A DNA stretch of 24,412 bases, from positions 1-24,412 of IMG/VR virus record IMGVR_UViG_3300008252_000011. One strand, 5' to 3'. The position numbers and the translations under genes are program-made. Positions 7,857-15,314 of the stretch are shown one piece after another. This stretch comes from a virus (taxonomy: Duplodnaviria > Caudoviricetes). The stretch's first letter is position 1; the number at the start of each line of letters is the position of its first letter. The notes under the pieces are model-generated. The model ran no database searches. It was not told where the DNA came from and was given only the letters and a program-made list of their open reading frames with translations.

Positions 7857-8870
7857 TCATCCTCTCCGTGTAGAAACGCAGGATTCGGCGCAATCGCCCG
7901 CCTGCTCTGGGTTTGCGCCATTTGGCAGAAATGCAGGAACGGCCACTTTTGCGCCGTGCGCTTCGGCAAATCCCAACTCATCCAGCCGGTTATGCCATCG
8001 CTCCAGCGCCTCCCGGCGACGCTCCATTGCATCGCGGGTCAGGTAGGTTTCGGCGGTCACGCCAAGGGTGTGGTTGATCAGCAGCTCGCCCACCATGTGG
8101 TCAACGCCAATGTCAGCCAGGCTGGAGCGCATCAGCTTGCGCAGGTCGTGGCTTGTCCACTTCCGTCCGCTCACCTGACGCATCAGGGCATGGGCGCTGG
8201 TTTCCGCCATCCGCTCACCACCGCGCACCGGGAACAGCCATGCCGCCTTAAGCCGTGGGTCTGGCAGTGCCTCCCGGTACCGCTGCAGCAGCGCCAGCAC
8301 TTGCGGCGTCAGTGGCAACACATGCTCGCGCCTGCTCTTCGTGTTCGCCTCTGGGATCACCCACACCCGCTCATCCAGCGACACATGAGCCCACCGGGCC
8401 TGCAGCGTCTCGGAGATTCGGGTTCCGTGCGACAGCATCATCAACGGCAGCATTCCCTTGGCCGGATCAGCCCGGAACACCGCCACCAGGTGCGGCACCA
8501 GGTCCTGTAGGTCAACACGCGACAGCGCCGCCGGCTTTGGTCTCAGCTTGCCCTTGTAGAAATCGCGGAACGTCACGCCAGCAAGCGGGTTTGAGGTGAT
8601 GCGCCCCTGCCCCTCGGCCATGCGGAATGCCTGCCCCAGCGCCTGCAGCGCCTTCTGCACCGAGCGCGGCGCCAGCTCCTGGTGCATCGGGAACACCAGT
8701 TTGTCGTCCAGCAGCACCCGGTCAACCTTGCGCAGCGGCACCTTGCCAACGCGCGGGAGCACGTGTTTACGCATCAGGCTGCCCATGCTGCGCCGATACT
8801 TCTCCGATCGCGCCTTGTCGCCCTCGATGCGCGACAGCCACCACGACACCACCTCACCAACTGCCTTCAC
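7857..8870 (-). CDS. Tyrosine recombinase (second copy, in the replication operon)
   Basis: HGTRISE (R), TKSRREH (K), SHDLRK (HxxR), LINH (H), ETYL (Y). Confidence 0.9.
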   Translation of the reverse strand: MKAVGEVVSWWLSRIEGDKARSEKYRRSMGSLMRKHVLPRVGKVPLRKVDRVLLDDKLVFPMHQELAPRSVQKALQALGQAFRMAEGQGRITSNPLAGVTFRDFYKGKLRPKPAALSRVDLQDLVPHLVAVFRADPAKGMLPLMMLSHGTRISETLQARWAHVSLDERVWVIPEANTKSRREHVLPLTPQVLALLQRYREALPDPRLKAAWLFPVRGGERMAETSAHALMRQVSGRKWTSHDLRKLMRSSLADIGVDHMVGELLINHTLGVTAETYLTRDAMERRREALERWHNRLDELGFAEAHGAKVAVPAFLPNGANPEQAGDCAESCVSTRRG

Positions 8871-9121
8871 CGTTTGCGCCTCTCGATCAGCTTGTTCAGC
8901 TCTGCCCGCACGGCAGGCGCCAGATCACCCAGGCCGTGTAACTCGCGCTCGACCTTCATCCGCTGATTGCGAATCTCGAACAGCTCAGCCGCCTTGCGCT
9001 TCACTTCGGTCGCGCGGGCCATGGCCATGATTCGCTCGCCAGCAATCTCGTTGCGCACCTCGTCCGGCAAAGTCGCCAAATTCACGCCCTGGCGGATGGC
9101 AGCGCGATGCTCTGGGCTCAT
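8867..9121 (-). CDS. Hypothetical protein (84 aa)
   Basis: 4-nt start/stop overlaps on both sides. Confidence 0.75.
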   Translation of the reverse strand: MSPEHRAAIRQGVNLATLPDEVRNEIAGERIMAMARATEVKRKAAELFEIRNQRMKVERELHGLGDLAPAVRAELNKLIERRKR

Positions 9122-9210
9122 GCGAACACCACCCAGGCAATCAGCCCAACCGCAGCAGGGATGCTGATCGCAATCAGCGCGGCCCGCAGCGGAGTCAGGT
9201 CCTCGTCCAT
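9118..9210 (-). CDS. 30-aa single-pass membrane peptide
   Basis: Not in the track: MDEDLTPLRAALIAISIPAAVGLIAWVVFA; GGAGG SD; ATGA overlap with the next gene. Confidence 0.65.
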   Translation of the reverse strand: MDEDLTPLRAALIAISIPAAVGLIAWVVFA

Positions 9211-9363
9211 TCAGGCCTCCACAATGCAGCCATGGCGCAGCTGCCTGCGCATCCGGCCACGTTCAAGGGTCAGAGGGTTACGACTGGCAATCTCCCAGCC
9301 ACGCTGCAGGTATTCATCGACCAGGCGGCGCAGATCGAGCTGGGTGCGGCATTCGAGGCTCAT
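9211..9363 (-). CDS. Hypothetical protein (50 aa)
   Basis: Not in the track: MSLECRTQLDLRRLVDEYLQRGWEIASRNPLTLERGRMRRQLRHGCIVEA; ATGA overlap with the P stop; fills the gap exactly. Confidence 0.7.
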   Translation of the reverse strand: MSLECRTQLDLRRLVDEYLQRGWEIASRNPLTLERGRMRRQLRHGCIVEA

Positions 9364-10049
9364 GCTCTGGCACCTCCCATCGCAGCCCGCAGGCCGGCCA
9401 GCGCCGCTCGCCCCACGGCAGGGTCAGCGATGCGCGGGATAGCCTTCTGCTCGTTCGGCGGCGCAGGCGCCAGCACCTCACCCCGCAGCAACCGGTTCTG
9501 GATATCGCGATAGGCCCGCTCGAACTTCGAGCGCGACCGGTCGGCCGGCAGGCTCAGCAGCGCCGTGCGCGTGCAGGCCAGCGTTGCGTGGTACACCGCG
9601 GCGTGATCCCAGTGCTCGCAACCAATCGAGGCCGGGTGCGAGATGCGCAGTGCCTGCTGGTAGGCCTTATCCAGGCTCGGCAGCCCCATGCGCTCTGGCG
9701 CAGGCGTGCACCACTCGATGAACTTGCCAGGGCCCGGCACAAAGTCGCTCGGGTCTGCCCTGCAGGCCTCCAGCCCAAACCGCAGCTGCTCAACCGTGGT
9801 GATGCCCGCCGCCATGAACGCCCGCACCCACTCCCGCTTGGCCTTACCCAGCGCCTTGTCATCAGGCCACGCCTGCCGGTAGGCCGGCTTGATCGCGCAC
9901 AGCCGCTCGAACAACAGGTTCACCACCCGCACCGCCTCGTCACCCAGCGCCGCAGGTGCAGCAGGAACCTGCCCAGCACCCGCCATCAGCACCCCTGCCG
10001 CCTTCTCGGTCAAATCGTCGATCTTGTCCACGTCAAACCTCCTCGCCAT
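9360..10049 (-). CDS. Replication protein P (lambda P family helicase loader)
   Basis: VNLLFERL..IKPAYRQAW...AKREWVRAF..GITTVEQLRFG...PGPGKFIEWC; start reassigned to ATG 10049. Confidence 0.85.
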   Translation of the reverse strand: MARRFDVDKIDDLTEKAAGVLMAGAGQVPAAPAALGDEAVRVVNLLFERLCAIKPAYRQAWPDDKALGKAKREWVRAFMAAGITTVEQLRFGLEACRADPSDFVPGPGKFIEWCTPAPERMGLPSLDKAYQQALRISHPASIGCEHWDHAAVYHATLACTRTALLSLPADRSRSKFERAYRDIQNRLLRGEVLAPAPPNEQKAIPRIADPAVGRAALAGLRAAMGGARA

Positions 10050-10818
10050 CAGTAACCCAGCTCGTATCCTCGTGATCCAGCTCCTGCTTTCCGGGTGATG
10101 CTCGAGCACGGCTCGGCGGGGCGTTGCTATCGGCGCTGGCCCGCTCCATCCGATTCAGCACCCACTCGCACTTGAATCCGCGCCAGCCCGCCTCCTGTGC
10201 CTCGGCCAACGCATCGTCAGCACTGATCCCGGCCTCCACACAGAGCCCCAGCTCGGTGTTCACCCGATCCCAAACCGTGCTGGTCACCGCAGCCCGCATC
10301 CGCTTCCTGCAGGTCAGCCAGTCAGCCAGCACCTGCTCCGAGGCACCGTGAGGGTTGTCAGCCAGCAGATCGGTCAGCCCGAAACCCAGCTTCACCGAAC
10401 CGGGCGTTTTGCCGGGCTGCGCAGAGAATGGTGGTTCCTTTACGGTTCCCTTACGGTTCTGGGGGCACGTCGTGCCGGGGTGTCCGGCATCTGGTGCCGG
10501 GGTGGGGGGCACGTCGTGCCGGGGTGCATCTGGTTCAGGGGGGCACGATGTGCCGGGGTTAAAGCCGTCAGGAGCAACCGTGTACCAGGTCGACCTGCCA
10601 GACCGTTGATGGCTCACCAGCAGCCCCAAATCCTCCAGCTTGCGCAGCGAAGACCGAACGGCGCGCTCAGACAGGCAAGTACGCTCTGAAATGCTCGCAA
10701 TAGACGGCCAGCAAACGCCCTCATCGTTCGCGTTGTCCGCCAAGCTGATCAGCACCGCCTTCTGGGTCGCGCTGATGCCTTGGATAGGCCAGCACTGGCT
10801 CATGATCATCGTGCTCAT
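10033..10818 (-). CDS. Replication initiator (O-like, N-terminal winged HTH)
   Basis: KAVLISLADNANDEGVCWPSIASISERTCLSERAV; contains iterons; upstream of P. Confidence 0.88.
   Translation of the reverse strand: MSTMIMSQCWPIQGISATQKAVLISLADNANDEGVCWPSIASISERTCLSERAVRSSLRKLEDLGLLVSHQRSGRSTWYTVAPDGFNPGTSCPPEPDAPRHDVPPTPAPDAGHPGTTCPQNRKGTVKEPPFSAQPGKTPGSVKLGFGLTDLLADNPHGASEQVLADWLTCRKRMRAAVTSTVWDRVNTELGLCVEAGISADDALAEAQEAGWRGFKCEWVLNRMERASADSNAPPSRARASPGKQELDHEDTSWVTDGEEV
10440..10560. repeat. Replication-origin iterons
   Basis: GGCAC/T-N3-GTGCCGGGGT units at 10464, 10486, 10508, 10525 (degenerate) and 10542; TTACGGTTC twice at 10440 and 10451. Confidence 0.85.
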
Positions 10819-11522
10819 CGGGCGGCACCGCCCAGCTTCTGCGCCAGCTTGGTAAGCCCCTTCGGCGTGACGCGCACCTGTGACGCCAACCGGTCCTGCT
10901 GCTCATCGTCCAGGCCGATCACCGTCACCTTGTGCTCCAGCAGCCCAGCAGACAGCCGCGGCGCATACGCCAGCCAGCGGGCCGATCCCTCACGCCGGTA
11001 GATCCAGCGGTTATCGCGCATCCAGGCCAGCAGCCACTTACGCTGCACGCCGAGGTGCTTGGCAGCATCGGTCAGGCACATCGTCCCGCTGCTGTCGGCA
11101 ATGCGCGCCAGCGCCTCCACCTTCGGCTGTTGCTCGGCAACCACCACGCGCAGCGCACCGCACTGCTCAGCCAGGTCAGCAGCAAGGCGCAGTGCCTCGG
11201 GGAGTGTTTGAGGGATTGCAGGCCGGGCGGCCTGCTGGTCTTCCAGCTCCTGCCAGCGATCAACCAAGCGCGCGGTGAACTCCGGCGACATCTGCGCCAC
11301 CACCACATAGCTGTCGCGCTTGCTCACGTGGTACACCAATCCCGGGCGGCCACCGGTGGCGGGCTTTTCCACCATTGGTGGTAAAGGGATAACCTTCTTC
11401 AGCGCCAGCCTCTGGATGGTCCGTTGCACGCTGTCGTGCCGCGCACCCAGCAGGTCGGCAATCTCTTCGCTGCTCATCGTCAGCTCGGAGCGGGTATTGC
11501 TCAGCATCACGTCTGTAGCCAT
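10815..11522 (-). CDS. Rha-family / KilAC-domain antirepressor
   Basis: MSSEEIADL...RHDSV..TI, EFTARLVDRWQELE, IPQTLPEALRLAADLAEQ, QPKVEAL, QVRVTPKGL. Confidence 0.88.
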   Translation of the reverse strand: MATDVMLSNTRSELTMSSEEIADLLGARHDSVQRTIQRLALKKVIPLPPMVEKPATGGRPGLVYHVSKRDSYVVVAQMSPEFTARLVDRWQELEDQQAARPAIPQTLPEALRLAADLAEQCGALRVVVAEQQPKVEALARIADSSGTMCLTDAAKHLGVQRKWLLAWMRDNRWIYRREGSARWLAYAPRLSAGLLEHKVTVIGLDDEQQDRLASQVRVTPKGLTKLAQKLGGAAR

Positions 11523-11585
11523 AATGTCCTCTCTCTCGAAGCCCCGGCAGGGTCCCCACCCATCAATGCCGGGGTTTTTTATTGC

Positions 11586-11601
11586 CTGTATGAAAAACCA
11601 G
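11586..11601. promoter_or_regulatory. Putative LexA (SOS) box
   Basis: CTGTATGAAAAACCAG fits the gammaproteobacterial CTG-N10-CAG box; intergenic, about 65 nt upstream of the antirepressor. Confidence 0.6.
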
Positions 11602-11654
11602 CACCGTCAGTGCGCTTAACGCACCCGTCCGCATGCGGCACCATGTAGTTGTGG

Positions 11655-11885
11655 TCAGGCGGCTGACTTGCTCGGAGACGCTTCGGCAAGCAGCCATTCG
11701 GCGGTGAAGTCTCCGCCGCTCGCCTCTGCGAGTTGATGGGCGTACCGAGTCTCTCCGGTGTATTCGGTGCGCGGCAGGCTTCCGCTGGCGAGCCACTTGT
11801 AGATGGCACGCTGGCTGATCCCGCAAACCTCTGCAGCCTTCGCAGGGCCGCCTGCTTTTTTGATTGCCTGCTTAAGAGCGGTCAT
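11655..11885 (-). CDS. cro: Cro-like repressor
   Basis: AIKKAGGPAKAAEVCGISQRAIYKW HTH; divergent from cI; start reassigned to ATG 11885. Confidence 0.88.
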   Translation of the reverse strand: MTALKQAIKKAGGPAKAAEVCGISQRAIYKWLASGSLPRTEYTGETRYAHQLAEASGGDFTAEWLLAEASPSKSAA

Positions 11886-11902
11886 GTTTGCTGATCCTAA
11901 AT

Positions 11903-11976
11903 ATGAACTCAAAGTACATATTATGTCGGAACTGAAAGTACATGCAAGCGCGTGCAATGATGAACCTATGGTTCAA
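11903..11976. promoter_or_regulatory. OR region: three 17-bp operators and pR
   Basis: ATGAAC-TCAAA-GTACAT (11903), CGGAAC-TGAAA-GTACAT (11927), ATGAAC-CTATG-GTTCAA (11960); minus-strand TTGCAT-16-CATAAT (11947-11920). Confidence 0.85.
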
Positions 11977-12705
11977 CAGGAAGCACTACGCATAGCATTC
12001 GCCAAACGCCTTAAGGTCGCTCTCGCTCATGCGGGGGTCGCTGAATGGGGGGCTGGCCGGCACCTTGCCGATGTCACCGGCAGAACGCCGAAGGCCGCCA
12101 GCAAGTGGATCAATGCAGAGTCAATGCCTGGGCGCAGCAACATGCTTTCCATTGCTGTCGCCCTCGGCGTTAGGGTCGAGTGGCTGCAATACGGGGACGG
12201 CGGGATGCTGCCCGATAGCGACAACCAAGGACAGGAGAGCAACGTGATCGCTGCTGATTTCACAAAGAAAGGACTGCGCGACGGCGAGCTGCGCATAACT
12301 CAATATGACCTTCGCGCCGCCATGGGGAGCGGACAGCTCCCGGCCGACTACCTGGACGTGCTGCGCGAGATAACTATCCACCGCTCGTTCTTCGAGTCCG
12401 CTGGCGTCAGCTACACCAGCGCATCAAAACTGGCAGTAGTCACCGGGTGGGGCCAGAGCATGGAGCCGACCATCAATCACGGTGACCCGATCTTCGTTGA
12501 CTGCGGCGTGACCGAGTTCGTCTCCGACGGCGTGTACCTGTTCACCTGGGACAACCTCGCCTACATCAAGCGCGTCCAGAAGGTCAGCAAGACCGAGCTG
12601 AAGATTATTTCGGACAACCGCAATCACGACCCATTTGTAGTCAACGCTAACGAAGTGATCTTCCACGCCCGCGCCGTCATGGTGTGGAACGGCAAGAAAC
12701 TCTAA
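11968..12705 (+). CDS. cI: CI-like repressor (HTH + S24 peptidase)
   Basis: N-terminal HTH (LADVTGRTPKAASKW); AAMGSG cleavage region; GQSMEPTI (Ser) and IKRV (Lys); start reassigned to ATG 11968. Confidence 0.93.
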   Translation: MVQQEALRIAFAKRLKVALAHAGVAEWGAGRHLADVTGRTPKAASKWINAESMPGRSNMLSIAVALGVRVEWLQYGDGGMLPDSDNQGQESNVIAADFTKKGLRDGELRITQYDLRAAMGSGQLPADYLDVLREITIHRSFFESAGVSYTSASKLAVVTGWGQSMEPTINHGDPIFVDCGVTEFVSDGVYLFTWDNLAYIKRVQKVSKTELKIISDNRNHDPFVVNANEVIFHARAVMVWNGKKL

Positions 12706-12717
12706 GGACCGGAGATT

Positions 12718-12963
12718 ATGTACATCTGGATATTCGTTGGCTCTTACATTGGCGCGGCGTTCATTTCCTTTTTCTTCATGTCACAGCACGCCGCGCGAAC
12801 GGCTGACCAGATGCGGGCAAATGGCATCCCGGAATCAGAGATAAACAGGTGGTATTCAGAGATCGGGCCTGCAACCGTGGTTGCCCTTATTCGGGCGACA
12901 CTAATGACCGGAACCGCGCTTGGTGGAATCGGGGCTCTGGTTGCATGGCTTGTGACTAAGTGA
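12718..12963 (+). CDS. 81-aa two-TM membrane protein
   Basis: GGAG SD, start 12 nt after the cI stop; hydrophobic N- and C-terminal segments. Confidence 0.8.
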   Translation: MYIWIFVGSYIGAAFISFFFMSQHAARTADQMRANGIPESEINRWYSEIGPATVVALIRATLMTGTALGGIGALVAWLVTK

Positions 12964-13091
12964 TGTTCGGCTTCCGCCTCTGGCAGGCCCTGTTTGAGGG
13001 TAAGCGCTGGGCGAGGCGGCAGCTGCTGGAGGCGGTGGTGGTGCTGGTGGTTTTTGGGGTGGTGATTGGGATTATTGGAGGGAGTCTGTGA
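12963..13091 (+). CDS. 42-aa single-TM membrane protein
   Basis: Not in the track: MFGFRLWQALFEGKRWARRQLLEAVVVLVVFGVVIGIIGGSL; TGATG overlap upstream, GTGA overlap downstream. Confidence 0.7.
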   Translation: MFGFRLWQALFEGKRWARRQLLEAVVVLVVFGVVIGIIGGSL

Positions 13092-13948
13092 GCAAAGTTC
13101 CGGGTAACGATTTAGTTATATTCGACACCATTGAATCCATAACGTCGCGACCAAACTACATCGAGACCATTGACATAAAGAACTCTCGCGACGACCGCTT
13201 CGCCGGAGTGGTCGGCCCATATCGAATTACTGGCGAAAAGATTCTGTGCGGCATACATTCCTGTCGCACTCCCAACCTGAACGGGGTTGTTATACGCCTA
13301 AAAGATGGCAGCGAGACCAATGTTGGTCGGGATTGTGGCGGTGCTCACTTTGACGCAGAGTTTAAGATTGAGGTGCGTCGACATGATGCTCTGTATAACC
13401 GACATCTAAAACTGAAGCGAATTATTGAGATACAGTCTGAACCACAATTACTGGAGCGATTAAAGGCATTAAAGTTTCAGTACGACGCCCTCAAAGCTAA
13501 GCGTCTGGAGCTTCGCGGGCGCATAAGCCGAGGGCAAAGCGATAGACTTTTCCGCATGGGGAAGGAGCGCGATGGCAGGGTGTACAGGCACGAATTTCTG
13601 TCTGGCGATGAGCTTGAAGCCTACTACGAGACAAATCAGGGCGAAAGAAAGTCTGGAGCTCGGCCCAGTAAGGCGATCCTTCTCGGGGAGATACAGGGCG
13701 TTGAATTCATGGCTGACGTTCGCCGAGACGAAGACCCTCTCAATCTGACCGGATTGCTGGAGCAAATATACGAGTCCAATTATGAGGCTGTGTCCGAATG
13801 GAAGGAGCGGGAGATCAACTTCGCTCACCGCACCGTAAACAACCTGCCGAAGCAACTGGATAGGATTGAGCACCTTATACGGCAAGGCACTCTATTCTTC
13901 GACAAAGACAACCTTGATCGACTACGCCTAATTGGGGTGGATATTTAG
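13088..13948 (+). CDS. 286-aa hypothetical protein with Cys/His (Zn-like) motif and coiled coil
   Basis: CGIHSC...VGRDCGGAHF; GGAGGGAG SD; visibly more AT-rich than flanking genes. Confidence 0.85.
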   Translation: MSKVPGNDLVIFDTIESITSRPNYIETIDIKNSRDDRFAGVVGPYRITGEKILCGIHSCRTPNLNGVVIRLKDGSETNVGRDCGGAHFDAEFKIEVRRHDALYNRHLKLKRIIEIQSEPQLLERLKALKFQYDALKAKRLELRGRISRGQSDRLFRMGKERDGRVYRHEFLSGDELEAYYETNQGERKSGARPSKAILLGEIQGVEFMADVRRDEDPLNLTGLLEQIYESNYEAVSEWKEREINFAHRTVNNLPKQLDRIEHLIRQGTLFFDKDNLDRLRLIGVDI

Positions 13949-13955
13949 GAGGACC

Positions 13956-14255
13956 TCACCGCTCGATTAGTATATTTGGCTTGTCTCTCTCAACCACGGC
14001 GTCAAATTCTAATGCCTGGCAGGCAATCCTTTGCTCCATTGCGCACATGACACGCGTATCAGGCAGCTCTGTCCAGAAAACCACATAATTCGCATCAAGT
14101 GGCTCGCCCATAAACATCCGAAAAACCTGGTCGTCATCATCCCACTCGGCAACTCGCCACCCCTCGCAGGAGTTGTAGACCAGGTGGTTTTCTCCATCCC
14201 TGGTTGGCCTGACGAGCGAGAACAGCTTTAAGTTCATAGTTTGCTGGGCGTTCAC
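13956..14255 (-). CDS. 99-aa hypothetical protein (weak DUF551-like pattern)
   Basis: GGGAGG SD before GTG; LVY..GW.VA.W...VFWTELP pattern. Confidence 0.65.
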   Translation of the reverse strand: MNAQQTMNLKLFSLVRPTRDGENHLVYNSCEGWRVAEWDDDDQVFRMFMGEPLDANYVVFWTELPDTRVMCAMEQRIACQALEFDAVVERDKPNILIER

Positions 14256-14312
14256 TGACGTACCTCCCGTGGACTGTTTTCGCGATGATATGCGATTTCC
14301 CTCTTGCGACCC

Positions 14313-14374
14313 AAGCCCGCCCCGAGCGGGCTTTTTTGTGCCCTCCCCCAGCCCGCTTCGGCGGGTTTTCTTTT
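14313..14374 (+). terminator. Tandem intrinsic terminators ending the cI operon
   Basis: AAGCCCGC-cccga-GCGGGCTTTTTT and GCCCGC-TTCG-GCGGGTTTTCTTTT. Confidence 0.88.
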
Positions 14375-14388
14375 GTCTCCGTAAAAAT

Positions 14389-14432
14389 ATGTACTTTTGG
14401 TTCTTGACGATTATGTACTACTGGTTCATATT
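14389..14432 (+). promoter_or_regulatory. pL promoter with two OL operators
   Basis: TTGACG-17-CATATT (14404-14432); operators ATGTAC-TTTTG-GTTCTT (14389) and ATGTAC-TACTG-GTTCAT (14413) match the OR consensus in reverse orientation. Confidence 0.88.
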
Positions 14433-14472
14433 TATCCCAAGCCAGCACCAACGGCCAGGGCCAGCCCCGACA

Positions 14473-14483
14473 GCTCTTTAACA
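14473..14483 (+). promoter_or_regulatory. boxA antitermination element
   Basis: GCTCTTTAACA, a consensus boxA, about 35 nt downstream of the predicted pL start. Confidence 0.8.
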
Positions 14484-14771
14484 ATCCAAGGGATGAATCG
14501 AAGCGATCAGCGCTTCCTGCTCCCGGCCTGCGCGGCAGAACGTAAAAGCGCAGAAACAGACCGCGCAGCCTCTGACGGCGACCGGCGATCCGACAGGCCC
14601 GAACGCCTGCCCATGCTGGGAAAACCCAGCAGCGGACGAGGTTGGAATGACCGAACCGAGCGAATGACCCGGCACGCTGCGCGCCCCGCCACCCCGGCGG
14701 TTTGGTAGGGGAAAGATTTCCTCGATGGCCTTGGCGACAGGGCCATCCGGCGAATCGAACAGGAGTAACGC

Positions 14772-14894
14772 ATGAAGATTATTCGACTCATCAGCGAAGG
14801 CGTGGCGACAGCCTCGGTAGTCACGCTCGCAGTCCTCGGCGGCGCATTCCTTTGGGCTGCGTTCACCGGGCACCTGATTCTCTGCACACCCTGA
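14772..14894 (+). CDS. 40-aa single-TM protein
   Basis: Not in the track: MKIIRLISEGVATASVVTLAVLGGAFLWAAFTGHLILCTP; AGGAG SD. Confidence 0.7.
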   Translation: MKIIRLISEGVATASVVTLAVLGGAFLWAAFTGHLILCTP

Positions 14895-14905
14895 CAGGAG
14901 GTTGC

Positions 14906-15127
14906 ATGAACACTGACACTGATTGGGATTTCTTCCCAGAAACTACCCCCGGCCCTGCCCTGATTCACGGCGCGGCGCACTTTACCCGGCTGGAATGGGT
15001 TGAAGACGTGCGCATGGTATGCCGAGGCGGCCGCCCTCTTCCGGCGATCACCCATCACTACCGGGTAACAGGTCACGGCGTCCGGTGCGGATGCAATGCC
15101 AAGCACCACGTCTGCACCAAGCATTGA
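14906..15127 (+). CDS. 73-aa His/Cys-rich hypothetical protein
   Basis: AGGAGG SD before ATG 14906 (MNTDTDWDFF...). Confidence 0.65.
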   Translation: MNTDTDWDFFPETTPGPALIHGAAHFTRLEWVEDVRMVCRGGRPLPAITHHYRVTGHGVRCGCNAKHHVCTKH

Positions 15128-15314
15128 GCACGACGACCCCAGCCGGCGGAGGGGCATATATCACCGGCAGTCAGGGCGCGGAGTCCTACGCTTGAACATC
15201 CGCCCGCGTGACCTGGTACCGGCCCCAGCAGCGGTATATCTGCTGGGCATCTGAATCAGCACTGCGGTGCGACCGAACGCCTTGACTCGCAATCATGGCG
15301 GCAGTGCTGATTCA

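Noticed and set aside
7853-8032. Long N-terminal extensions in the ORF track (also for P, cro, cI and the LuxR gene)
   Set aside because: They overlap neighbouring genes or operators; downstream starts fit domain boundaries and operon packing better.
9115-9365. 9-bp repeat GCATGAGCC bracketing two small genes
   Set aside because: Mostly explained by the ATGA overlap plus Met-Ser starts; too short to count with the repeat-bounded cassettes.
10464-10560. Spaced palindromic repeats as a CRISPR array
   Set aside because: Spacers are only a few nt, the repeats lie inside the initiator gene, and no cas genes are present; these are iterons.
11873-11880. Lambda-type boxA CGCTCTTA on the minus strand
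   Set aside because: Lies in codons 2-5 of cro with no boxB-like hairpin following; plausibly chance.
14570-14640. Three-way junction as a hammerhead ribozyme
   Set aside because: The core reads CUGACGG, not CUGANGA, and GAAA is not correctly placed.
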